A stretch of 64,000 nt of DNA from contig JAOSKR010000003.1 in assembly GCA_027493545.1 (NCBI GenBank), positions 117,360 to 181,359 on the forward strand. Reading direction: 5' to 3'. This DNA comes from Roseovarius sp. (GTDB taxonomy: Bacteria; Pseudomonadota; Alphaproteobacteria; Rhodobacterales; Rhodobacteraceae). Below the pieces are notes generated by a model. That model was not told the origin of the DNA, searched no databases, and was given only the letters and a program-made list of their open reading frames with translations. The stretch's first letter is position 1, and every line of letters begins with the position of its first letter. Below are positions 39,207 to 49,220 of this stretch, in pieces. The position numbers and the translations under genes were made by a program.

Positions 39207-40278
39207 CACGTTCAGACCCTCGGATATTGCCCTTTCCGGGCCAGTGACGCTTGCCACCCTCGACGAGTTGCGCGTGCAGCTCGGCCGGGCCGCAGCCGGA
39301 ACTCGGGTCGATCTCTCGGCAGTCACGGCGCTCGATACCGCCGGGGCCTGGGCGCTGTTGCACCATCAGGGGTTGCAGATCGAGGGCGCCGATGCCGCGC
39401 AGCTCCTGCTGTTGCGCACGGTGCAGGCGGCACTGCCGCCCGCGCCTACCGCCGCCCGACCGCGCAAGGCGCGACATCTGGCAGGCGACACGCTGGAGGG
39501 GGTCGGCGCGGCGGTGGGCCGGTTTCTTGTCGCAATGGCGCAGAGCCTTGGCTTTCTGGGTCTTGTCATGGCCCGGCTGGCCGCCACCCCGGTGCGCCCC
39601 CGCCGGCTGCGGCTGACGGCACTTGTCCATCACATGCAGGAGGCCGGGCTCAATGCCGTGCCCATCGTGGCGCTGATGGGCTTTCTCATCGGTATCGTGC
39701 TGGCGTTCCAGGGGGCCACGCAACTTCGGCAATTCGGGGCCGAGGTCTTTGTGGTGGACCTCATCGCGATCTCGGTCCTGCGCGAGCTTGGCATCCTTCT
39801 GACCGCGATCATCGTTGCCGGCCGGTCGGCTTCGGCATTTACCGCCGCCATCGGATCAATGAAGATGCGAGAGGAGATCGACGCCATGCGGGTTCTCGGG
39901 CTCGACCCGATCGAGCTTCTGGTGCTGCCGCGCCTTCTGGCGCTGGTGATCCTGCTGCCGGTCCTCGGTCTTGTCGCCGATCTTGCCGGGCTTTTCGGCG
40001 GCGGGCTGATGGCCTGGATCGAGCTTGGCATCTCGCCCAGCCAGTTCCGGACCCAGTTGCTGGCGAATGTGAGCGCGACGCACGCGCTCGTCGGTCTGTC
40101 CAAGGCGCCGGTCTTTGCGGTGATCATCGCGCTGGTGGGCTGTCAGCAGGGGCTGCTGGTCGAGGGCGATGCGGAATCGCTGGGCATGCGGACCTCGCGC
40201 TCGGTCGTCATTGCCATCTTTCTGGTGATCGTGGTCGATGCACTGTTTTCCGTTTTCTTCGCGCTCTGGGGGGTATGA
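39199..40278 (+). CDS. mlaE: MlaE-family ABC permease with an N-terminal STAS-like domain
   Basis: ORF 39163..40278. The N-terminal ~90 aa (...LSGPVTLATLDELRVQL...VDLSAVTALDTAGAWALL) look STAS-like. They are followed by the MlaE core ...VLRELGILLTAIIVAGRSASAFTAAIGSMKMREEIDAM... The start is uncertain (GTG 39199 or ATG 39163). Confidence 0.8.
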   Translation: MADTFRPSDIALSGPVTLATLDELRVQLGRAAAGTRVDLSAVTALDTAGAWALLHHQGLQIEGADAAQLLLLRTVQAALPPAPTAARPRKARHLAGDTLEGVGAAVGRFLVAMAQSLGFLGLVMARLAATPVRPRRLRLTALVHHMQEAGLNAVPIVALMGFLIGIVLAFQGATQLRQFGAEVFVVDLIAISVLRELGILLTAIIVAGRSASAFTAAIGSMKMREEIDAMRVLGLDPIELLVLPRLLALVILLPVLGLVADLAGLFGGGLMAWIELGISPSQFRTQLLANVSATHALVGLSKAPVFAVIIALVGCQQGLLVEGDAESLGMRTSRSVVIAIFLVIVVDALFSVFFALWGV

Positions 40279-41051
40279 TGGAAGCGGAAACCGTCATCGC
40301 GATCCGCGGGCTGACCAACAGGTTCGGCAAGACCGTGGTGCATGACAACCTGTCGCTCGATGTACTGCGGGGCGAGGTGCTGGGGGTCGTCGGTGCCTCG
40401 GGCAGCGGGAAATCGGTGCTCTTGCGCACCATCGTGGGGCTTCAGACCCCCAGCGCCGGGCACATCACCATGCTGGGCATGGACGTGCTGGGCGCAAGTG
40501 CCGCCGAACGCGCGGCCGCAAGCGCGCGCACCGGCGTGATGTTTCAGGACGGTGCGCTCTTTTCGGCGCTGACCGTGCGCGAAAACGTCGAGGCGCCGAT
40601 GCGCGAGCGCCTGGCGGTCGACGCAGCCACCCGGGAGGCGCTGGCCGATCTGCGCATTTCAATGGTCGGATTGCCGCCCGAGGCGGGCAATCTCTTTCCG
40701 GCGGCGCTTTCGGGGGCATGCGCAAGCGTGCGGGGCTGGCGCGCGCGCTGTCGCTCGATCCCGAGATCCTGTTTCTGGACGAGCCGACGGCAGGTCTTGA
40801 CCCGATCAGCGCGTCCGCCTTCGACAGCCTCCTGAATTCCCTGCAACGGGCGCTTGGCCTGACGGTGTTTCTGGTGACCCACGATCTCGACACGCTGCAG
40901 GCCACCTGTGACCGGGTTGCCGTGCTGGCCGAGCGCCGTGTGCTCGTGACGGGCACGATGGCCGAGATGCGGGAGGTCGATGATCCATGGGTGCATTCCT
41001 ATTTCCACGGGACCGCGCGCCCATGCGGCCCTTTCGGCGGCGGGCGGCTGA
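40275..41051 (+). pseudogene. mlaF: MlaF-type ABC ATP-binding protein, two frame disruptions
   Basis: Walker A GASGSGKSVLL is in ORF 40275..40835. The signature LSGGMRKRAGLARAL and Walker B ILFLDEPTAGLD are in ORF 40718..41953. The junction is near 40715. Removing one base near 41005 gives ...YFHGPRAHAALSAAGG-stop overlapping the mlaD ATG (TGATG), instead of the apparent in-frame fusion. Confidence 0.8.
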
Positions 41052-41953
41052 TGGAAACCCGCGCGCGCTTCGTTCTGGTGGGCCTGTTCACCATCTTCGG
41101 GTTTCTGACCGCGCTCGGCTTTGTCCTGTGGCTGGCCAAGGTCCAGCTGGACCGGACCTATGCGCAATACGACATCGTCTTCGGCACGGTTGCGGGCCTC
41201 AGTCAGACGGCCGCTGTCAGATACAATGGCGTCGATGTGGGCAGGGTCCTGAGCATCGCGCTCGAACGCGACGATCCCGCGCTGGTGCGCGTGCGCATCG
41301 AGGTCTTTGCGAGCACACCAATCCGCACCGACACAACCGCCACGCTCGCCTCGCAGGGGGTGACGGGCGTTGCCTTCATCGCGTTGGAAGGTGGCAGTGC
41401 CGAGGCGGAGCCCCCGCGGGCCGAGCCCCCGGAAGACGTGCCGATGATCCGGTCGAAAAGGTCGGTCGTGCAGGACTTGATGATCTCTGGCCCCGATCTT
41501 CTGGTCGAGGCGGCCGCGCTTATCGCCGAGGTCCGGACCTTTTTCACGCCGGACAACCGCGACGCCATCGCCGAAATCCTGGCCAACCTGCAGGATGCCA
41601 CCAGTCGGATCGATGCGCTTGCTGCCCGCGCCGAGGGGACGCTTTCGCAGACCGATGCCGCACTGAGTGCGGCAGAGGCAAGCTTTTCTGCGGTCGATGG
41701 GCTGCTTGGGAGTGACATTCCGGCGCTCGTCGCCGATCTCCGGGCAGCCGCCACCAGTGCGACCGGAGCAATGGACGGTGTCCGGAACGTGGCGCAGCGC
41801 GATCTGCCGCAACTCTCGGTGCAGATCACCACGCTGATCCTCGAGGCAAGCAAGATGATTGCGGCCTTCGACGCGCTCGCCCGCCAGATCGCCGGCGATC
41901 CCGGCCGTTTTCTTCTGGGCACTCAGACACCCGAATACAGGAGAACCCAATGA
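41051..41953 (+). CDS. mlaD: MlaD/MCE-domain substrate-binding protein
   Basis: METRARFVLVGLFTIFGFLTALGFVLWL anchor, the MCE domain ...VRYNGVDVGRVLSI...ASQGVTGVAFIALEGG..., and a long helical C-terminal region. Confidence 0.8.
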   Translation: METRARFVLVGLFTIFGFLTALGFVLWLAKVQLDRTYAQYDIVFGTVAGLSQTAAVRYNGVDVGRVLSIALERDDPALVRVRIEVFASTPIRTDTTATLASQGVTGVAFIALEGGSAEAEPPRAEPPEDVPMIRSKRSVVQDLMISGPDLLVEAAALIAEVRTFFTPDNRDAIAEILANLQDATSRIDALAARAEGTLSQTDAALSAAEASFSAVDGLLGSDIPALVADLRAAATSATGAMDGVRNVAQRDLPQLSVQITTLILEASKMIAAFDALARQIAGDPGRFLLGTQTPEYRRTQ

Positions 41954-42567
41954 TCCTATCTCGCCGTGCTCTTCTATCGCTATCGGCCGCAGCCGGCCTT
42001 TCCGGTTGCGGGGCGGTTTCCGCGGTATCGAGGGCGAGCAATCCGCTTGACACCTACACGCTCTCGCCGCTTGGCCCGGCGGGGGCGCGGCCCGGTTCCA
42101 CGCGCCATCTGGTTGTCGAACTGCCCACTTCGGGCGGCGAGCTGGCAACGGACCGCATCCTGATCAAGGTCTCTCCCCTGCAGGCCGAGTATCTTCCCGA
42201 TGCCCGCTGGTCCGAACCGACGCCCGCCATGGTGCAGACTCTTCTGGTCAACTCGCTGTTGAACCGGGGCGGGTTCAGGCTGGTCAGCCGGGTGGGAGCG
42301 GGGCTGGAGCCTGATTTCACCCTGATGAGCGAAATTCAGGCATTTCAGGCCGAACTGTCCGGCCCGGACCTGGCATCGGCACAGATCCGGGTACAGCTTC
42401 AGATGACGCTGATCCGCGAATCCGACCGTGCGATTGCCGGAACGCGGCGCTTCAGCGGCACGGAGGCGGTTGCTTCGGACAGCACGGTTGCACTGATCGC
42501 GGGTCTTGATCGGGCCACGCAGTCGATGCTGGCAGACGCGATCGGCTGGGTGCAGGCAACGGCCTGA
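41950..42567 (+). CDS. ABC-type transport auxiliary lipoprotein (PqiC/DUF330-like)
   Basis: MILSRRALLSLSAAAGLSGC lipobox, then ...ILIKVSPLQAEYLPDARWSEPTPAMVQ... ATGA overlap with mlaD. Confidence 0.75.
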   Translation: MILSRRALLSLSAAAGLSGCGAVSAVSRASNPLDTYTLSPLGPAGARPGSTRHLVVELPTSGGELATDRILIKVSPLQAEYLPDARWSEPTPAMVQTLLVNSLLNRGGFRLVSRVGAGLEPDFTLMSEIQAFQAELSGPDLASAQIRVQLQMTLIRESDRAIAGTRRFSGTEAVASDSTVALIAGLDRATQSMLADAIGWVQATA

Positions 42568-42777
42568 ACGGGGCCGCGCCATTCCTGGCAGCGGCGCGTG
42601 GCAAACCTCGGTCCCGATCTCCGGCTTTCAACTGCTCATGTGACCGGGGTCCGCTGATGGGCTCACGCGAGGGATTGCCGGCACAGGTGTCCGGGCTGAT
42701 CCGGCCTGCCGGTCCGAAGAGATGGAGGCAAAAAAGCCGCGCGCCCAGGGCCCGAGGAGCCACATCCGCCGCAAGAG

Positions 42778-42806
42778 CCGGCGCGGCAAGCCACCGACCG
42801 CGCCGG
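42778..42806 (-). terminator. GC-rich hairpin downstream of fabI (weak intrinsic-terminator candidate)
   Basis: CCGGCGCGG (42778-42786) pairs perfectly with CCGCGCCGG (42798-42806), with an 11-nt loop. It lies 43 nt beyond the fabI stop. There is only a short CTCTT tract after it on the minus strand. Confidence 0.3.
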
Positions 42807-42848
42807 TGAGCGATGAACTGTTCATGTCACCATTTCGGTTTGTCGCAC

Positions 42849-43622
42849 TCAGGCTGTCGTATGGAACCCGTTGTCGGCATAAACGACCGAGCCGCTCATC
42901 GGCGCCGCGGCGTTGCTCGCAAGAAAGGCGGCGAGATGTCCGATCTCGTCGGTACTGACCAGCCTGCCGGAGGGGGTGCGGGCGCGCACCTGGTCGAGCA
43001 ACTCGTCAAAGCGCTCGATCCCCGACGCGGCGCGGGTCTTTACTGGGCCGGCCGAGAGCGAAAAGGCGCGGATACCTTCGTCCGCCAGATCCGCCGCCAC
43101 ATAGCGCACCGAGGATTCGAGGGCGGCCTTGACCGGGCCCATCAGGTTGTAATTTTCAACCACCCGGTCAGCCCCATAGAAGCTGACCGTGATCAGCGCG
43201 CCGCCTTCGGTCATCAATGGACGGGCCAGCCGCGCCATGCGAAGAAAGGAATGGCAGGACACATCCATCGCCATGCCGAACCCCTCGGACGACGCGTTCA
43301 CCACGCTGGTGTGCAGGTCCTCGCGCGGGGCAAAGGCGATGGCATGCAAAAGGAAATCGAGCCGCCCCCATTCGGAATCGATCCGCTCGAACACGGCCTC
43401 AAGCTGACCCGGCTCGCGCACATCACAGGGCAGAAACACGGTCGAATCCACGGCCTTCGCGACGGGCTCGACCCAGGGGCGTGCCTTTTCGTTGAGATAG
43501 GTCAGTGCAAGCTCGGCACCTGCAGCGCGGAATGCGCGGGCGCAACCGGCGGCGATGCTTGCATCATTGGCGACGCCAACGACAAGCCCGCGCTTGCCGT
43601 TCAGATCAATCAATGCCGTCAT
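42849..43622 (-). CDS. fabI: enoyl-[acyl-carrier-protein] reductase FabI-type (SDR)
   Basis: MTALIDLNGKRGLVVGVANDASIAAGCARAF...SFYGADRVVENYNLMGPVKAALES...FLASNAAAPMSGSVVYADNGFH are classical FabI blocks. Confidence 0.85.
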   Translation of the reverse strand: MTALIDLNGKRGLVVGVANDASIAAGCARAFRAAGAELALTYLNEKARPWVEPVAKAVDSTVFLPCDVREPGQLEAVFERIDSEWGRLDFLLHAIAFAPREDLHTSVVNASSEGFGMAMDVSCHSFLRMARLARPLMTEGGALITVSFYGADRVVENYNLMGPVKAALESSVRYVAADLADEGIRAFSLSAGPVKTRAASGIERFDELLDQVRARTPSGRLVSTDEIGHLAAFLASNAAAPMSGSVVYADNGFHTTA

Positions 43623-44791
43623 TCGGTTTCCTTCAAGCTGAAAGCCTCTTCAGCGATGATGGATTCCTCATCCGTCGGGATGACGAGTGCGGTGATGCGG
43701 CTTTCCGGAGTGCTGAACCGCCGGGCGTTGGCGGCGTTTGCGGCCGGGTCCAGTTCCAGCCCCAGCCAGCCAAGCTGCCCGGCCACCATGGCGCGGATCT
43801 CGGGCTGGTTTTCGCCAATGCCGGCGGTAAAGACGAGCGCGTCGAGCCCGTTCAGGGTGGTGGCAAGCCGCGCCACCTCGCCGGCGATGCGGTGACAGAA
43901 GAGGGCAATGGCCTCTGCCGCCTCGGGGCGGTCGCTTGCCATCAGTTCACGGCTGTCAGCCTCGAATCCCGAGACCCCCAGCAAGCCGCTTTCGTGGTAG
44001 AGCATGGTTTCGACCTGTTCGAGGTTCAGGCCCAATGGCCCCATCAGATGCAGGATGACGCCCGGATCCAACGCGCCCGTACGCGTGGCCATCGGGATGC
44101 CGTCGAGCGTGGAAAACCCCATCGAGCTGTCGCGGCTTATCCCGCCCTCCATCGCGCAAAGGCTGGCACCGCTGCCCAGATGGGCCGCAACCACCCTGGC
44201 CCCGGGCGGCAGATCAGCCAGTTGCCTGGCGATGTAGCGGTAGGACAGGCCGTGGAAACCGTACCGCTTGATCCCCTGATCATGCAGCCGACGAGGAATG
44301 GCGAAGCGGCGCACGAGCGCGCTGTTCGTGGCATGGAACGCGGTGTCGAAAGACGCGGTCTGCTTCACGTCGGGGTGGAATGCGCGCATGGCATGGATCA
44401 GGCGCAGGCATTGCGGCTGGTGAAGCGGTGCAAGCTGTGCCAGTGCCTCGATCTGGTCCAGCACTTCATCGGTGATCGTGGCGGGGCCGGTGAAGATGTC
44501 GCCGCCATGCACGACCCGGTGCCCGATCATGGTCAGGCGCGAGAGATCAAATTGCTGCCCCAGCCAGTCGAAGGACTGCTGAAGCAAGGCGTTTGGATCA
44601 CTGAGCCTGGCCGTCAGCGGTTGCGACAGGCGTTGACCGTCGTGATTCAGGCGGATTTCAAAGGGCTCATCACGAAAATCGATGACGCCTGAGGCAAGCG
44701 CGGTGATTTCGGTGCGCCCGGCCTCGAAAAAACCCAGCTTGACGGTCGAGGACCCGGCATTGAGGGTCAGGATCAGATCGTTTGTCATCAC
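43619..44791 (-). CDS. ackA: acetate (short-chain acyl) kinase
   Basis: MMTNDLILTLNAGSSTVKLGFFE...IGHRVVHGG...YGFHGLSYRY...HLGSGASLCA...FTAGIGENQPEIR... ATGA overlaps on both sides. Confidence 0.85.
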   Translation of the reverse strand: MMTNDLILTLNAGSSTVKLGFFEAGRTEITALASGVIDFRDEPFEIRLNHDGQRLSQPLTARLSDPNALLQQSFDWLGQQFDLSRLTMIGHRVVHGGDIFTGPATITDEVLDQIEALAQLAPLHQPQCLRLIHAMRAFHPDVKQTASFDTAFHATNSALVRRFAIPRRLHDQGIKRYGFHGLSYRYIARQLADLPPGARVVAAHLGSGASLCAMEGGISRDSSMGFSTLDGIPMATRTGALDPGVILHLMGPLGLNLEQVETMLYHESGLLGVSGFEADSRELMASDRPEAAEAIALFCHRIAGEVARLATTLNGLDALVFTAGIGENQPEIRAMVAGQLGWLGLELDPAANAANARRFSTPESRITALVIPTDEESIIAEEAFSLKETE

Positions 44792-46180
44792 ACCACGCTT
44801 TCTGCCTTGCGGATAACTGCAAGTTTTGCAAGCGCGGCCGAGGCGATGCGCGCCGAAAGCGGATCGGAGCGACTGGTCAGCACGATGGGAACGCGCGCGC
44901 CCAGCACCAGTCCGGCGGCCGTGGCGCCTGCGAAATAAATTAGTTGCTTGGCCAGCATGTTGCCGGATTCCAGATCGGGCACCAGCAGGATATTGGCCTG
45001 CCCCGCCACCGGCGAGATAATGCCCTTGGTCGCGACCGATTCCGGGCTGATCGCGTTGTCGAAGGCCAGCGGCCCGTCGACCAGCGCGCCGGTGATCTGC
45101 CCGCGCGCGGCCATCACCGTCAGCGCGGCGGCGTCCAGGGTGGCGGGCATGGTCGAGTTTACCGTTTCCACCGCCGCCAGCACCGCGACCTTCGGCTGTT
45201 CCGCCCCGAGAAGCCGCATCAGATCCACCGCGTTCTGGCAGATGTCGCGCTTGTGGTCGAGCGTCGGCTGGATGTTGATCGCGGCATCGGTGATGATCAG
45301 CGGCTTGTCATAGGCGGGCACATCCATGCCGTAGATGTGACTGATGCGGCGTTCGGTCCGCAGCCCCCGGTTTTCGACACGACCGCCGCCAACAGTTCAT
45401 CGGTATGAAGGCTGCCCTTGATCAGGACCGAGATCTGACCGCGTGCCGCCATTTCGACCGCGCGGGCGGCGGCGGCGTGGCTGTGTTCGGTATTCTCGAT
45501 CACCATGCCGTCAAGCGAAACGCCCGCCTCCTCGGCGGCGGCGTGGATCCTGGCCTCGGGGCCGATCAGCAGCGGCTCCATCAGGCCCGCGTCGCGGACC
45601 TCGATCGCGCCGAGGATCGCGGCTTTCGAGCAGGGATGCACGATGCCGGCCGCAACCGGTGGCAGCGCCCGTGCCTGTTCGACAAAGCCCCTGTAGCGGC
45701 CGGGGTGATGGATGACGGCCTTGGGCAAGGGGCCGGATTCCCGGTGACGGCGGTGGTGGGCGCAATGACGAGGGCATCGCCCTCCAGCACCATTTCGCCG
45801 CGCTGGTTGGTGCAGGTCGCCGCCAGGCGCACCTGCTTCTTGTCGGCAATCAGTTCAACCACCTCGACCGTGGCGGTGATGGTATCGCCGGGCGCGACGG
45901 GCTTGCGGAAGCGGATTTCCTGACCCAGATAGATCGTGCCCGGCCCCGGCAGGCGCGTGCCAAGCACGGCCGAAACCAGCCCGGCCGTCCACATGCCGTG
46001 CGCAACGACATGGCCGAAGGGCCCGTCGGCTGCAAAAGCCGCATCGAGATGCGCGGGGTTGTTGTCACCCGAGAGCGCCGCAAACAGCATGATGTCGTCG
46101 TGTTGAACGGTGCGCGTCAGATCGGCGCGATCGCCGATCTGCAGCTGAGCGAAAACGCGGTTGACCAATGTTCCAGTCAT
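44788..46180 (-). pseudogene. bifunctional MaoC-type enoyl-CoA hydratase / phosphate acyltransferase (Pta/Ptb-like), two frameshifts
   Basis: The MaoC hot-dog N-terminus (MTGTLVNRVF...SGDNNPAHLD...AHGMWTAGL) is in ORF 45581..46426. The middle is in ORF 45297..45728. The Pta C-terminus (…PLIITDAAINIQP…ILLVPDLESGNMLAKQL…) is in ORF 44788..45327. Junctions are near 45728 and at the C5 run 45364-45368. Confidence 0.8.
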
Positions 46181-46187
46181 TTCGGCA

Positions 46188-47992
46188 TCACTTCTGATGA
46201 ACATAGGTGCCGGGGGCGTCTGCAAGCGCCGTTCCGGTCGCGGGCGGCGCCACGGGTTTGGACGAATGCACGGCAAGCCATTCCTGCCAAGGCAGCCACC
46301 ATGACCCGCCAACCGGTTCGTTGGTTTCCATCCAGGTCCGCTCGGACAGAAGCGGCGCGCCACGCCTCCGCGTTGCCAGGCGATATTGGCGGCGCGGATG
46401 GTCCGGCGGGGTGACGATGCCGGCATTATGGCCGCCCGAGGTCAGTGCAAAGGTCACGTCGCAATCACTGAACTGGTGGATCTTGTAGACGGATTCCCGA
46501 GGGGCGCCACGTGATCGCGTTCGGTCGCCACCGCAAAGATCGGCACGCGGATGTTTTGCAGCAATATCGTCTTGCCCTCGACCGTAAAGCGCCCCGAGGA
46601 GAGCTCGTTTTCCTGATAGAGCCTGCGCAGATATTCGCTGTGCATCCGCCAGGGCATGCGCGTGCTGTCGGCATTCCATGCCATCAGGTCGAACATCGGG
46701 GCGCGTTCGCCCATCATGTATTCGCGCACGATCCGCGACCCGATCAGGTCGTTCGAGCGCAGAAGCTGAAACGCCCCCGCCATCTGATCCGCCGACAGAT
46801 AGCCGCGGTTCCACATCATGCTGTCCAGAAAATGCAGCTGGCTGGGATCGATGAAGAGCCCAAGCTCCCCGGGTTCGGTGAAGTCCACCTGCGCGGTCAG
46901 CAGCGTCAGGCTGGCCAGGCGGTCATCGCCTTGCCCCGCCATGGCCGCCGCTGCGATCGAGAGCAGTGTGCCCCCGAGGCAATAGCCGACGCCCTGCACC
47001 TTCTGGTCCGGTTGGATCGCGTTGATCTCATCCAGTGCCGCCATGACGCCAAGGCTGCGATAGTCATCCATCCCGAGATCACGGTCCGAGGCATCCGGGT
47101 TGCGCCACGAGATCACATAAACGGTATGGCCCTGCCCGATCAGCCATTTGATCAGCGAGTTTTCCGGGCTGAGGTCGAGAATGTAGTATTTCATGATCCA
47201 CGCCGGGACGATCAGCACCGGCTCGGGGTGGACCTTGTCTGTCGTGGGCGCATACTGGATCAGTTCGATCAGGTGGTTGCGATAGACCACCTTGCCGGGG
47301 GTCACGGCCACGGTCTGGCCGGGCACGAAGTCCTCGGTGCCGACCGGCGGCCGATTCGTGGCCATGCGCGCCTGATCCTCGGCCAGGTTCTTCCAGCCGT
47401 CGACGAAATTCATGCCCCCTGTCGCCATGGTGCGGGCGGTCACCTCGGGGTTGGTGGAGGGGTTGTTCGAGGGCGAAAGGATGTCCAGCAACTGCTTTGA
47501 CACGAACGAGACGACATCTTCGCTTTGCGGGGTCACGCCGGGCACGTCATGCGTGACGCTATGCAGCCATTGCTGCTGCAGCAGGAATGCCTGCGCCAGT
47601 TGATTGAAGGGCGGCTTGGACCAGGACTCATGCGCAAACCGGCGGTCGCCGGGCAGCGGCTCGATCACGGGCGGCGTTTCCGGATCCATCGCGGACGACC
47701 ACAGCCAGGCCGACAGGCGCTGCCATTTGCGCGCGGCCTTGACGCCAAGCTCCATCTGCTTGCCGGGCGCAGAAGCCAGGTGATAGGCCCAGTCGAAATA
47801 GGCAGTGGCAAGCGCACCGGGCGAAATTCCGGCGGTCAGCTTGCTCATATTCGCGGCGCGCATCCGGTCAAAGGACTGAAAGGATTCGATCCCCAACGGC
47901 TCTCCGTCGGCTGCCGCAATCGGGGTCACGGGCGGCGTGACCTGCCTTGCCGCTGGTCCTGATATCTCGATATTCTGGGCTTTCTGGGCCAT
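46188..47992 (-). pseudogene. phaC: class I poly(3-hydroxyalkanoate) synthase PhaC, one frameshift
   Basis: MAQKAQNIEISG... (ATG 47992) with the lipase box GYCLGGTL in ORF 46454..48043. The C-terminus ...SVYKIHQFSDCDVTFALTSGGHNAGIV... is in ORF 46188..46814. The junction is near 46500. Confidence 0.85.
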
Positions 47993-48103
47993 GGGTTTTC
48001 CTTTCAGGGAAATTTCGGTTTCTCGGCCCGCACATGTCAGCATGCGTTGATACCTGCACGTAAGCAGCCGTTCGCTGTTTTCAATCGGGCCGGCCGCGGC
48101 CCT

Positions 48104-49216
48104 TTAGCGCAGGAAGGCACGAAAACGCCGCAGCGCCAGCATGAACAGCACCGTCCCGATTATCGCCAGCGCCAGAAACTGTGGCCAGACCGTTCCGATT
48201 CCGGCACCGCGAAACAGGATGCTTTGTGAGAGCATGACGAAATGCGTGTTCGGCGCCGCCAGCATGATGGCCTGGATGATCTCGGGCATGGATTCGCGCG
48301 GCGTCAGCGCACCCGACAGCACCTGCAGCGGCAGCATGACCAGCATCATCAGCAGGGCAAATTGCGGCATGGTGCCAGCAACGGTCGCCATATAGACGCC
48401 CATCGCCGTCATCGCGAACAGCATCAGAACCGCACCGGCGAGAAACAGCAGGAGCGAGCCCTGAATCGGCACCGCCATCACCCCCTGCACCACCACCGTC
48501 AGCGAGAATGCGGATGCCAGCAGCACGACGCCGCCCATCGACCAGATCTTGGACAGCATGATTTCTCCCGCCGTCACCGGCATGACCAGCAGATGCTCGA
48601 CCGTGCCGTGTTCCTTTTCGCGGATCAGCGCCGCCCCGGTCAGCACCAGCGACAGCATGGTGATCGACTGCATGACACTGGTGATCGCGCCGAACCAGAC
48701 CGGGTCGAGCGACGGGTTGTAGCGCGCGCGCAGCGCCAGCCCCACCGGCAGCGCCATTTCCGCCCTGTGCCCCGCGACATATTCCGACACCTCGGCGCTC
48801 ACGATCTGCTGGATATAGCCGCTGCCGGTAAAGGCCTGGCTCATCCTTGTCGCATCGACATTCAGCTGGATCGCGGGGGCCTTGCCCGCCAGCACGTCGC
48901 GCGCGAAATCGGGCGGGATGTTCAGCGCGAATGTGTCCTCGCCCGCGTCCATGCGTACATCCATCTCGGCCGTGGTAATCATCTTCGGCGGCAGGAAATA
49001 GGGCGGATAGAAGGCGGATACGATGCGCGAGGACAGGTGCGACTGGTCCTCGTCCACGATCGAGATCGTGGCATTGGCCAGCGCCTCGGGCGCGGCATTC
49101 GAGGAAGTCCAGATCGAGAGGCTGAACGAATAGGCGATCAGCACCAGCATGATCGGGTCACGCAGGAGGCCGCGCAACTCCTTGATGCCGAGATTCCAGA
49201 CGTTCTTGAAATTCAT
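48104..49216 (-). CDS. ABC-2-type transporter permease (YhhJ-like)
   Basis: 370 aa: MNFKNVWNLGIKELRGLLRDPIMLVLIAYSF..., a large periplasmic loop, then ...REKEHGTVEHLLVMPV... and five further TMs. Confidence 0.8.
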   Translation of the reverse strand: MNFKNVWNLGIKELRGLLRDPIMLVLIAYSFSLSIWTSSNAAPEALANATISIVDEDQSHLSSRIVSAFYPPYFLPPKMITTAEMDVRMDAGEDTFALNIPPDFARDVLAGKAPAIQLNVDATRMSQAFTGSGYIQQIVSAEVSEYVAGHRAEMALPVGLALRARYNPSLDPVWFGAITSVMQSITMLSLVLTGAALIREKEHGTVEHLLVMPVTAGEIMLSKIWSMGGVVLLASAFSLTVVVQGVMAVPIQGSLLLFLAGAVLMLFAMTAMGVYMATVAGTMPQFALLMMLVMLPLQVLSGALTPRESMPEIIQAIMLAAPNTHFVMLSQSILFRGAGIGTVWPQFLALAIIGTVLFMLALRRFRAFLR

Positions 49217-49220
49217 GGCG

